From the NCBI GenBank assembly GCA_013265495.1, contig MU057991.1, forward strand, positions 124,001 through 188,000: a stretch of DNA of 64,000 nucleotides, written 5' to 3'. A program made the position numbers and the translations under genes. The stretch comes from Vicugna vicugna. Its lineage: Eukaryota. Of this stretch, positions 38,230 to 48,753 are shown piece after piece (the first letter of the stretch is position 1; the number at the start of each line of letters is the position of its first letter). Below the pieces are notes generated by a model. That model searched no databases and was not told the DNA's origin. It was given only the letters and a program-made list of their open reading frames with translations.

Positions 38230-39914
38230 GGCTGCCAGGGCCCCACAGCTCTCTGCCTCTGAGGCCAGGGTCCTCTGTGTCACCACTGGCCGCTCGGAAC
38301 CCTGCGGGGCGTTCCGTCTCCAGGTAAACAGGTCCCTGACGACCATCTGTTGGGCGGGGGAGGGGAGGCCAGCCGGGTTCTAGGAAATGGTTCCCCCAGC
38401 TGGGCTCTGGAGTTCGTGATGTCACTTGTCCAGGCACCGGGGGAGGGGGCAGGGCCGATCCCAGCCTGGAGCTGGGCCACTCGGCCCCCGCCTGGCCCCC
38501 AGGACACCCAGGGGGTCGGCGCAGGGCCAGGCCAGGACCCCTTCTGTGCACGAGGGCAGGTCTGGGCCGAGTGAGGGGGACCCCGTCCCTGGGGGAGGCC
38601 CGTTCTCCTGAGTGAAGGTCCCCAGCAGCGGGGAGGGCTGTGCCCCCACCCAGGGCCAGGGATCTGTCCCCTGAGGCTCCATCTGTGCTGTGAAGGGGGA
38701 GGTGGGGGACGGCCGTGGGGAAGGCCCTAAATGTTCAGTAAGAGAGCTGGAGTCCAGGCCCCGAAGCTCGGGGAAATGAGTGGGAACGGGCAGGGCTGAG
38801 AGCTTGCTGGCCTCAGTGCAGCCAGCTGGTCCCTGTTCATCCCTGGGCTCCTGGGAGGGGGCCTGTGATGCTGGCTACAGGCAAGGGCCACTTTCTCCTG
38901 GGGGAAATATTTCAACCAAGAGTCATAAATATGGTAATTCATCATGTTCACTCAGAGCTGCCAGAGCTGCAGGAGCAGTTAGCAGCGGATGATTTAAATT
39001 AGCATTGGCTGAGGCCCGGTTCCAGGTTCTGTGGACCAACCTGGATATGTGGGTCCCCCATGGCCTCACAGAGGGCTGGGAGCAGTGAGGACAGGGCCCT
39101 GTCATCACCTGTTGACCCCCAAAGTGCGGTGGATCCCGCATCCCCCAGAGACCCCTCTTCTCTTGCTGGCCCTACCAAGGGCTGCTCTAGGGCTGGCAGA
39201 GCCCCCCCCACCCCAAGGGGTGGTGCAGAGCAAGTGTCTGTCTTCCCCACAAGGACCTCCGCCCTCAGGGCCCCAGGCATCTCCTTGTGGTCAGAGAAGC
39301 AGGCAGGGAGGGAGTCAGGCCACCTGGCGCAGGGCGAGGGGGATGCTGAGCAAACAGCAAACATCTGGAGGCCACTGGGAGTCCCTCTGCTGCTGGTGGA
39401 AGTGAGACGTACAGTGGAGAGAAGGGAGCCCGAGGGGAGGATGGGGGGCTGGGTGGAGAGACCTGAACCCCAGTAAGGACACCCAAACGTGGGTGCACAG
39501 CGCAAAGTCAGAAGTGGGCTTAAAGGGAGTCCCGCTGGGAAAAATTCCAGCCACAAAGTGTAATAGAGACACTGACAGGTGGTTGCCCAGCGCGCAAATG
39601 AGGCTCTGCTTGTCTCTAGTGACATAAACACTTTTAACTAATAAAGCGGGAAAGAGAAAGTTCTTCCTCCCACAGAATCTCAGCTGACAAGGAGGGGACT
39701 GGCGAATCAGCATTTTCTGGAGGCAGTGTGGGGACAGGGAGGAAACAGGGAGGGAGGGGGGGATGGGGGGAGGATACAGGGGAAGGAGAGGAAAGAAGGT
39801 GGGGGGAGGGGAACGAGATGGGGACAGAGATATTGAGGGCTCGGGAGCATCAGAGGGACCCCAGATCTCATTCTTCTGTCCCACTCTGGCTGTTGCTCTA
39901 GAACCCAGGACATT

Positions 39915-40335
39915 TTTCTCTCTTTTTAAATTGAACTATGGTCAATTTACAATATTGTGTTAGTTTCAGGTGTGCAGCAAAGTAATTCAGTTACATGTAT
40001 TTTTTTCAGATTATTTTCCATTATAGGTTATTACAAGATATTGCAGATTGTTCTCTGTGTTACACAGTGATTCCTTAGTGCTTATCTGTTTTATATACAG
40101 CGGTGTGTATCTGTTAATCCCAAACTCCTAACTTATCTCTCCCCCGATTCACTCTCCCCTTTGGGAATCGTTAAGTTTGTTTTCTATGTCTGAGTCTGCT
40201 TCTGTTTTGTAAATAAATGCCTTTGTGTTATTTTTCAGATTCCACACATAAATGATATCACATGATACTTGTCTTTCTCTGATTTACTTCACTCAGTATG
40301 ATAATCTCTAGGTCCATCTATGTGGCTGCAAATGG
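39915..40335 (-). mobile_element. L1 3' end
   Basis: tttttaaattgaactatggtcaatttacaatattgtgttagtttcaggtgtgcagc...agattccacacataaatgatatc...tatgataatctctaggtccatc. Confidence 0.85.
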
Positions 40336-41199
40336 GAACCCCCCACCGCCAGCAGGAGGGGCGATCCCCTCCACCCCGTCCCCGCCGTGGTGTTGCCTTG
40401 CTTGGGGAACAGTGATGTTTGGATGTGGGACGTTTTGCGGCTCTCTATAAAAACTGCTTTGGCTTCAGTTTGCATCCAAGTCACCAGCTCCAGGGCAAGA
40501 GAAAAAACATACCCTACATGCCTTTGCACTCAAATCTTCCCAAAAGAGCAAATATTTGCCCAGGAAAACACCAGCTGCTCTTCTAAGGCCCCCTAAATGC
40601 CCAGCAGTGTGGGCGGTGCACTCTTGCAGGGACAGGAGGAGAGGGACCAGCAGGTCCTCGGCCAGGCGTGGCCCGGTGTGGCAGCGGCCCTATAGGTGCG
40701 GGCGGGGAGGGCCGTGCAGGGAATCCTCTTTGAAGGGTTTCTGTGCACCCCTGCATTATGGCCTGGGGTTTCATACCAGGAACCACACAGGCTCCAGGCG
40801 TCCTTAGTGGTTAGATACAGCCCCCCACCCTCGGGCTGGCACCCTCAGTACCTCGAACAGACAGTGCCCCGTGTGGGGAGAGGTCATAGGGCACTCCAGG
40901 GGCAGGGGCGGTGGTGCTGGGGGAGGAAGGGGGTGCAGTGAAGGGCGGGGAGCAGGGCCCCTCGCTCTGGGGTGAGGGTTCTTGAGGAGACCACAGAGCA
41001 TGGCACACACCATCTCCGCCCCACACCCCAAATTCCCAGGCCCGCCAGCACAGAGGCTGCTCTGCGCCCTCTCACGGCGGTTCTGCAGTGAGAACGCATC
41101 CAGCCCGCATCTGGCACCCCAGCCCCACCTCCCCTCCTGGGAAAGACCCTGTCTTCTCGGAAACTGCCCAGCAGCGCGAATTCAAGGCCCGCAGCCGGC

Positions 41200-41990
41200 C
41201 TGGCGGATCTGAAGCTCAGGTGCCTACCCGGCCAGCCGTGCGGGCCTGGGTTCAGTCCCCTAGCATGCCCACCCGCATCCCGGGCCCACGGCCGGTGCAA
41301 GCGGAGGCCGCGGAGCCCAGGCGGAGCCTCGCGCGGCGAGCAGGCGAGGGTGAGGAGGCCCTGGACGCGTGGCCCCGCCCACCGGCGGCAGCCCCGCCCC
41401 GCCTCCAGTGGGCGCAGCCTGCAGCTGAGGACGCACACGCGGTCACGCCCACAGCCCCGGCCCCCGCCCAGCTGTCCCCATCGGCCCCGCCCCCGTCCTG
41501 GCCCCGCCTTCGTCCTGGCCCCTCCCGGGAGACGCAGCCTTGAGAGGGCGCACGGCGCAAGCGCTGGGCGGGGGCCCCACGGCGTTGCCGTGGCTACAGG
41601 CGGCACGCTCCGCTGGGGCTGCCCTACACTTCCGGGGCGGGGCGCGGCCTCCGGAAGTGCGTAGCAGCCCGGGGCCATGGCGGCGCTCGCCGTGCTTTCA
41701 CTGCTGCTCGGCGCGGCGACCTGGCCGCCAGCCTGGGCCTCGCGCGTGGTTCTCGCCCGGCCAGCCGTCGGCCGGCATCCTGGCGGGGGCGGCGTCCCGC
41801 AGACGATAAAGGCGCGTCGGCGCCACCGGCGAGGCTGGTGGACAGGGACCGGGGAGGCGGCGGTGGCCGGGGCGGGGCTGTGGGGCAGGGGGGATCGGGG
41901 TCCCCTCGGCCTCGGGCGCCGGGGCTGGGTGGAGGGGCGAGCCGGGGTCGCCCTAGGCTGTCGCGGCTTCCCAGAGCCCCCGGGAAGGGC
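41200..41990. promoter_or_regulatory. CpG island 3: duplicated POFUT2 promoter, possibly bidirectional
   Basis: High CpG; several GC boxes (ccccgccc), X-box-like gttgccgtggctac (41584-41597), inverted ETS/GABP pair acttccgg (41628-41635) and ccggaagt (41651-41658) just upstream of the POFUT2-like ATG. Confidence 0.75.
41677..41805 (+). pseudogene. POFUT2: POFUT2 pseudogene exon 1 (signal peptide)
   Basis: MAALAVLSLLLGAATWPPAWAS then, after a ~2-nt deletion, FSPGQPSAGILAGAASRR; matches recalled human [44 protein letters not shown]. Donor mutated (cg|ataaag). Confidence 0.93.
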
Positions 41991-42417
41991 AGGCTGGGGT
42001 TCCCTCTTAGATGAAGCGGGGCCTTGCCCGGGGCTGGAAGAGCCCCAGAATCACATGTTGCAATGGGGTGGTTTATCAGCCTTGTGTGTCTGCAGCGAAA
42101 TTTCAGTTCCATCCAGATGTTGGTTCCTTCGGGAAACCTCAGGAATAAGCAAGAGTCAGTGCAGTTCAGCGGTTACTCAGGGCTTGACCCAAAACAGGGT
42201 GTGTGGGGTGTAGGGATGGTACATGGGCCCCTTCCTCTCGGGGCTGGCAGTCTTCAGGGATTAGAGGCCCCAGCGGAGGAGTCCATTCTCACCTGCAGTC
42301 AGGGAGGTGGTGGGAAAACTTAACAGAGAAGGGAGGGAAGTGACGGCGGTAAATCATGACAGAAGTCGGGACCCTTGCCTGGCTCTTGTGTGGGGGAGTC
42401 ATGCCTAGGATAGATAG

Positions 42418-42875
42418 GGCAGCGGTTCTCAAAGTGTGTCCGAGGGTCCCTGAGGTGCCAGACCGTTTTCATAGAAACGCCGGGATGTCACTTGCCTTAT
42501 GCGATCTCCCACTCTTACTGTGGGTCTTTCCAGAGACCACCTGGCCTGTGATACCGCAAAACAGGGAATGCAAAGGCAGATAGGAGAATCCAGCTCTCAC
42601 CAGTCAAAAAACGATCTGCAAAAATGACAATCACTGCTACTCTTGTCGCTAATGATTTTTGTTTTGAAAAATATACTTAATTTTTTAACAGTACTAATAA
42701 CATAATTGGTTATTATTGTTAAGTGAATTCATAAATATTTTTAACGTACTTTAACTTGAACTTCTAACAGAGAAACTTGATAGATTTAACCGACGTAAAC
42801 AGCAGCCTTTTGCATTCCTCACTAATTGTTAAGAGTGCACAGGGGTCTGTAGAGCAAGAAGTTTGAGAGCCCCTG
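42418..42875. mobile_element. hAT-Charlie MITE in the POFUT2-like intron 1
   Basis: Termini cagcggttctcaaagtgtg ... aagtttgagagcccctg. Confidence 0.65.
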
Positions 42876-43124
42876 GAGAACAGGTGCTCAGGTGCTAGTC
42901 AGGTGCTTAGCTGGTGTTAAACAGATGCCAAGATGTTTTCTGCATCTGCTCTCAGGCTCTTTGAGTAATGGGCCACCTGGAGATGGGTGGGCAGTGCCTC
43001 CACTTTACAAACCAGAAGCTGTTGAACTTGCTTGGAGTCTGGGCCAAGGGCTGTGGGGGAGGGAGCCAGGTATCTTGTGCAGAGGCCTGGCCCTGAAGGA
43101 CTGCTCTCCTGTGCTCCCTTCCAG

Positions 43125-43355
43125 GTACCTTCTGTGCGATGTCAACCCCTCCCACCCAGGGCTTCAGCCTCCGCAGGGACGTCTACACCGACATCCTCTC
43201 CCTCCTGAATACCCTGCTGAAGGTGGAGGAGTGGGCGCTGGTGCTGCCCCAGAGGCCTGACACCCACCAGGTCCGAATTCCCTGGTCGGACTTTTTTGAT
43301 CTTCCGAGTCTGAACAGAAGCATCCCCGTCACTGAGTACAGGCAGTTGACTGCAG
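43125..43355 (+). pseudogene. POFUT2: POFUT2 pseudogene exon 2
   Basis: YLLCDVNP [+4-nt frameshift] [31 protein letters not shown] [PWGRLYHW deleted] [35 protein letters not shown]. Acceptor ttccag and donor gtgagg intact; the catalytic Glu of PPEGFN reads Gln. Confidence 0.95.
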
Positions 43356-43844
43356 GTGAGGTGGTGGTCGTCTGACTGGGGCCAGATGATCGTTGTTCTG
43401 GTTCTGGTGTGAACGTCGGGCCGTCTTGCTTCGGGCCTGTTGGCTTAGCCTTTGCTCTGCGCGAGGGCCCTGCTCGTGTCTCCTGCACGTCCGGTGATCT
43501 TGGTCTTTGCGTAGTTTTTCTCAGGAAATAGATCTGAAGTGTCTGAGCTCTGTGTCCCCTCCCCTCTGAAAACCCTGGCTTCCTGGCTGAGATGGAGCAG
43601 TGACGAGGAGGCCGCTGCTGCAGAGGCTGGCCTTGTCCCAGCAGGACTCGCTCCCTGTGCAGACAGGGCTGTTCCCACCTGAAGGAAAGCACAGCGCGTG
43701 TGTCGCACGGACCACATGCTGGCTGAGACGTGTAACCACGCATCCAGTTTAATTTGGCCCTGCTCAAGCTTGTCATTTTAATTTTTTAAAGAGGAAAGGG
43801 TTGAAGAGTTTCTTTGAATAAAGGTATTTAGAGCTTATAATTGG

Positions 43845-44420
43845 TTTTTTTTTAATCGAAGTCTGGGTGATTTACAATGTTGTGTTGGTTTCAGGTGTAC
43901 AGCATAGTGATTGTAGTACGTATAAACAGTCTATTCTTTTTCAGATTCTTTTCCATTATTGGTTGCAAGATATTGGATATTGTTTCCTGTGTTATACAGT
44001 GTTGTTTTTCTGTTTTGCATATGGTAGTTTGTATCTGTTAATCCGAAACTCCTTATTTATCCCCTCTTCTTTCCGGTTCGGTAACTGTAAGTTTGTTTTC
44101 TAAGTCTGTGAGTCTGTTTTTGTTTCGTAGATGAGTTCATTTGTATCATTTTGAAAGAATTCCACATGTAAGTGGTATCATATGATGTTTCTTTTTCTGA
44201 CTTACTTCACTTAGTATGATAATCTCTAGGTCCATCCGTGTCGCTGTAAATGGCACGAATTCATTCCTTTTTATGACTGAGTAATAGTCTGTTGTATGTA
44301 AATACCACGTCTTCTTTATCCGGTTGTCTGTCGATGGCCACTTAGGTTGCTTCCGTGTCTTGGCCGTTGTAAACGGTGCAGCCGTGAACACTGCGGTGCA
44401 TGTGCCTTTCAGAGTTAGAG
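43845..44420 (-). mobile_element. L1 3' end
   Basis: Minus-strand ORF 44146-44391 reads MFTAAPFTTAKTRKQPKWPSTDNRIKKTWYLHTTDYYSVIKRNE..MDLEIIILSEVSQ, the L1 ORF2 C-terminus, followed by L1 3'UTR. Confidence 0.92.
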
Positions 44421-46136
44421 CTGCCCGTGGGGCACCCGGACTCGGGTTGGGTGGCCAGGTCTGTCCTAGGACAGCCGCTCAGCCGGACGCGGGGTGGAAG
44501 GCGCATCTCTGCAGGTGACGCTGCGTCTCGTGGTGAAACCGCCTCTGAGGAGCAGCCCCTGTTCCCACCCCGGCCCCCGCGGCCACTGCTCTTTCAGCCA
44601 CCCCGCTGCTTTCCAGAACTTTCCTGCTCCCAGCCAATGCCGGTGTTCGTCTCCCTCTTTAACATACCAGTGGAGTTGCCCACTTAGGGTTCTCTGCGTG
44701 GTCTTCCCACTGTTTGCCCCTTTCCCACTGCGTGATGCCCTTGGGGGTTGAGGCCCCGGGAGGTCACCGCCGAGGTCACCATGTCCTTTTGCAGTGATCT
44801 CTGCCCCCCTGTCAGAGCACTCATTGAGCCTGCCCGCTGGGGTGGCCTTTGACCGGTCCTAGGATTTTACAGACAGGAACCATTTTTGCACAATTTTGGA
44901 AGTAAAATGGAGGCTCACCCAGGACGGAGGCTGGGTCCATGGGGGTGAAGTGTGCTTTGCATGACGACCATCGAGCCATCGTCCCTGGGCAGCCACCAGG
45001 CCCGAGAGCTGTGATGAGGGACAAGTGGCTCTCTGGTCTGTTAATGTACGTTTCTTGATGTCGGAGTAGAATCAGCTTTAAAGTCTCTCTTGAAATGATT
45101 TTCTGTGATGCATCTTTTTAAATCTTTTGCCAATTTCTTTCTCTGCAGGAGTTTTAAGTTTTTATATATTTAAGTTCATTAACCTGTGTGTTCTTTAAAG
45201 GCTTCTAGGTTTATTTTTTTGTCTAATCTTTACCACCCCGGTATTCTTAAAAATTCTCTCACACCACTGCCCATTCTGCTTTTACAGTTTCAGTTTTCAT
45301 GTTTATCTCCGAGCCCCTGAGGGTTTGTTTGGGGTAAGTGTGGGCGCCCTGGGCACCCCGCCCACTTCCCCGTCAACACTCTGGGAGCCGGCCTCTCTCC
45401 GGATGCGTTGAGCCCCCGGGTCACCCAGGCCTGTGGGGACGTGGCTGGCTCTGGAGCGTCCCTCCTGCAGGTTCCGATTTCCCAGGGTGCTGATTATTCC
45501 ATAGCGGGCAGCCTTGTTGTGCGAGGAGGGGACTGGGCCTTCGCTGAGGATGGGGCCGGCTTCTGGCTGGAGAAGCAACATGGGAAGGAGAACCTAGGCT
45601 CTGTTTCATTCAGGCGATTTTTACAAACAGGAGTAAATGCTGACCTTTCCTCCTCTGTGGTATCCACGGTCTTACAGGTTTGCCCTTTCCCCAGTACCGT
45701 GGTGAGCTAAGTCACAGATGTTGGAACACCGAACCGCCCCTGCCTTCCTGGTATGAACTCCCTTTGTCACGTCTGTGACTCTCTCAATACCCTGCTGGGT
45801 TCTGTTCGCTCCTTTTGTTTGTTTGTTTGTAGGTTTGCGTTCGTTTGCACTAATGGGCACAGGGAGCCTGTGAGCTCGCCCAGGTCAGTGGCTGGGACAG
45901 GAGAGACCCTGTGAATGCTTAGAATCATTTAGGAATTAAAAGCCCTCAGAGCCTCTTAGAGAGTCAGCCTTGATTTGCCCAAATGCCCCCAGGTGACCCG
46001 ACAAGGTTTGCACGATCTCGGGATTCAGCCCTGAGTGTTCCCAGGCTCAGGGCCCTCCCATGTTGGCAGCGTCTGAACTCGTGAACAGAATCGTTTTGAA
46101 AGTGAAACTGTCTCTCTTCCTGTCGTTTATAAACAG

Positions 46137-46203
46137 ATGTGTGATGCTGGACCCAGCGGAGACCCTCCTGCACGACCACTCCTGCGGGACGGAGCGCTGG
46201 GAC
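46137..46203 (+). pseudogene. POFUT2: POFUT2 pseudogene exon 5
   Basis: CVMLDPAETLLHDHSCGTERWD versus recalled [22 protein letters not shown]; 67 nt; acceptor aaacag intact, donor mutated (atgagt). Confidence 0.9.
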
Positions 46204-48244
46204 ATGAGTGCTGCCTGCCAAGCGCCTGCACCCTCCTGTAGTTCTGCAAAACCCGAGACACTCGGCCCCTCTTGTTTTCAGCCTCGCGGCCTGAAGTTCA
46301 GAGGTTTTAGCAGCCGTGGTCGGGGGGTAACCCAGCTGCACACAAGGTTTTCCGGGGTGAGGGCTGGACAGGGCGGCCGCGTCTGCTCGGGCGTCCTTCC
46401 CCGTGGACGGTCAGCGGCTGGAGCTGGCCTCCCCTGGCTGGTCCTCCAGCTGTGAGTGGTGGGGCCTCTCCGCCTCGGTCCTCGGTGTTGGACTGAGACC
46501 CGCGCCGAGGGGGGCGCTGGCTCTGGGCCAGTGAGCGGCGGTGACGGAGGCGGGAGACAGGCCCTGTCGGCCTTGGCGTCGGGGACGCCTTACTTGTCAG
46601 GCATCTAGTTGGAAAGGTGTCACGATGAAGGGCGTTGCCCCACGTGAAGCAGCAGTTTAACTGGCTTGTCTGTCCCCCCGGGTCAGGCAGGAGCCCTAGG
46701 GAATGGATCTCATGTCCCCTCCCAGCTCGCGGGGTCTCCCGGCCTGGGGGGCGTGGAGAGGCCCGGTGTGTGCAGGGCACCCCGTCTGAGACCCCTGCTC
46801 CCTGGGCGCCTCCTGGGAGGGTGGTTTCAGTAGCCTGGAGGTGTGGTTGTCCTCACCGCGGACACAGCCGCTCTGTGGTCCCCGTCCAGCCCTCCCTGCT
46901 GACCCCCCAGCACCCCCACCTGCTGCCACCTTCTCTCAGCCAGCACCCAGCCCCTCGGGCCCAGGGGACTCTCGGGAGGGGAGGGGCGGCGGTGCCGCGT
47001 GGACCCGGTGTGGTCACGCTCCCTGTGACACTCCTCCCCCTCCGCAGACGGGCGGCGGCGTGTCTGGGCTGCCCGGGCCCCGGCTCGCTGTCCCGGCGTG
47101 TCTGCAGCTCCTCGGGCGGCTCCCGGGTGAGACCGGCCTGTCGAGGGCCTTGGAGGCACAGGAGGGAGCCAGGGACGCGCTTTGCAGCATGCGGCTAATG
47201 CCTCTAATGATTTCAGGTCCCGGGGCCGTTCTTCCCTGAAGATTAAGTGGAAACGTCCGTCTGCTAAGAGTCCGCCGGAGGAGGTGGAGCCCTGGGACTG
47301 CCTCTGCCTCAGAGCAGTGCAGACGGGGGCAGGTGTCCGGAGAGCGCGGGAGGCGTGTGGAGCGGCCCCTCAGCTCACCTGGGTGACGGTGATGGTAACG
47401 CAGAGCCTGGGCTGCTCCGAGGCCCCGGCAGGACCGAGCCGCCGGAGACGCGCCGGGTGAGGAGCTTCGTCTCCGGGCTCCCTCCTCCCTTTCCCTTCCG
47501 TGCTCCCCAGGGGAGCTTTCCAAGCCACGCGTCACCCCTTCAAGTTCCCCCAGGCACTTGAGAGGTGGCTTTGCTCTTCCGGTTTCCTGTGCTTTCTGTG
47601 AAAGAACTTCAGGCCCCTGCGTTTGGGGGGAGAGCATCTAAGTGTCACCAGCGTGTTCCCTAAGTGTTCTTTTCCAAAGCTGGTATTCCTGGACGGGACC
47701 CATGAGATTCCATGTATTCCTGGAGGGCGTCCCCACGCCTGGGCGTAAAGCAGCATTAATTGCCCCCCTTTGGCTGGGAATCTTAGACCCCAGGCCTGTG
47801 ACCCCGACTGCGGGCCCTCAGCCCCCCGGGCCGTTTCCCCAGGACCTCAGGAAGCCTCCTGGTGGCTGCCCTGCCAGCTCGGGCTTCCTGAAGTGCGCGT
47901 GCAGAGGAGACCCCCCGCCTAGTAGTGCGACCTTAGAAGGGCAGCAATTCGCAGCTCTCACGTAACAGTTCCCCTGTCCATCCAAAAACTGCTTCAAAGG
48001 TTCACGATGGCTTTAAAGTCTGGCTGCCTGTCACCAGCCTTCAGTGCAACAACCCGATCCCGGCCGAGTACCTAGAAAAGACGCTGAAGACGCCCTACAA
48101 CTGAGAAGTTTGTTCAGATGGGAAGGTGAATGCAGTTCCTTGGTTTTTAGTGGAAGCCGCTCCCCCTTTACCAACAGCGCCCTTCGGGGCTGACTCAGTG
48201 TCCCCATCACGCATCTCCGTCGTGACAGCCTCCTAACCTTAGTT

Positions 48245-48753
48245 GGTTACTGAGTCCAGCCTCGCCGCACGACAGGCCAGTCAGACTGGGAGATGAGGTG
48301 CTGGGGCGAGGAATAGCAAGTTTATTCAGAAAGCCGGCAGGCGGAGAAGATGGGGCCTGATGTCCTGGAGAACCACCTTCTCCACGTCAGAATCCAGGCT
48401 CCTTTTACAGTGAGAAAGGGGGGCGGCGTGGTTGGTCGTTGCAAGCTGCTTGGTGTCAGAGCCCTTTGTCCTTGCGGCTGTCCACGTGGGCCAGGTCCTG
48501 GTGTCCCTGTAAGCCCCCAGCAAGACAGATGTCCTCTGTTCTGCAACTTGTTATCTTCATGTGAATGGAAAAGTGCTAATACCCTCAAAGGTCTGAGCCT
48601 GGAGAATAGGCTCTCCTGTGCATTTCAGGCTAAAGGCAACGCTGTTTCGCAGAAGGCGCAGAGCCAGCGAGACTGAGCCTAGAAGACAGGGCACAGGGTT
48701 AAAGCTAACAGAATAGATCTGGTGTGGAGTCAGGTTGGTTCTATTCTGTTACA
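48245..48753 (-). mobile_element. Solo ERV LTR (same family as 28241-28730)
   Basis: gttactgagtccag ... ctattctgttaca ends; colinear with 28241-28730; tttatt at 48321 (AATAAA on minus). Confidence 0.75.

Noticed and set aside
37279..38383. Long plus-strand ORFs (327 and 265 aa) overlapping the cTAGE-like ORF
   Set aside because: Antisense shadows of a GC-rich frame; low-complexity translations with no recognisable domain.
41677..42213. 178-aa ORF with a signal peptide as a new secreted protein
   Set aside because: It is POFUT2 exon 1 read through a frameshift and a dead donor into intron sequence; nothing beyond residue ~22 looks protein-like.
28241..48753. Two same-family, same-orientation LTRs as the ends of one provirus carrying the cTAGE-like and POFUT2 pieces
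   Set aside because: 20 kb apart, visibly diverged from each other, no shared target-site duplication found and no gag/pol/env between them; independent solo LTRs are more likely.
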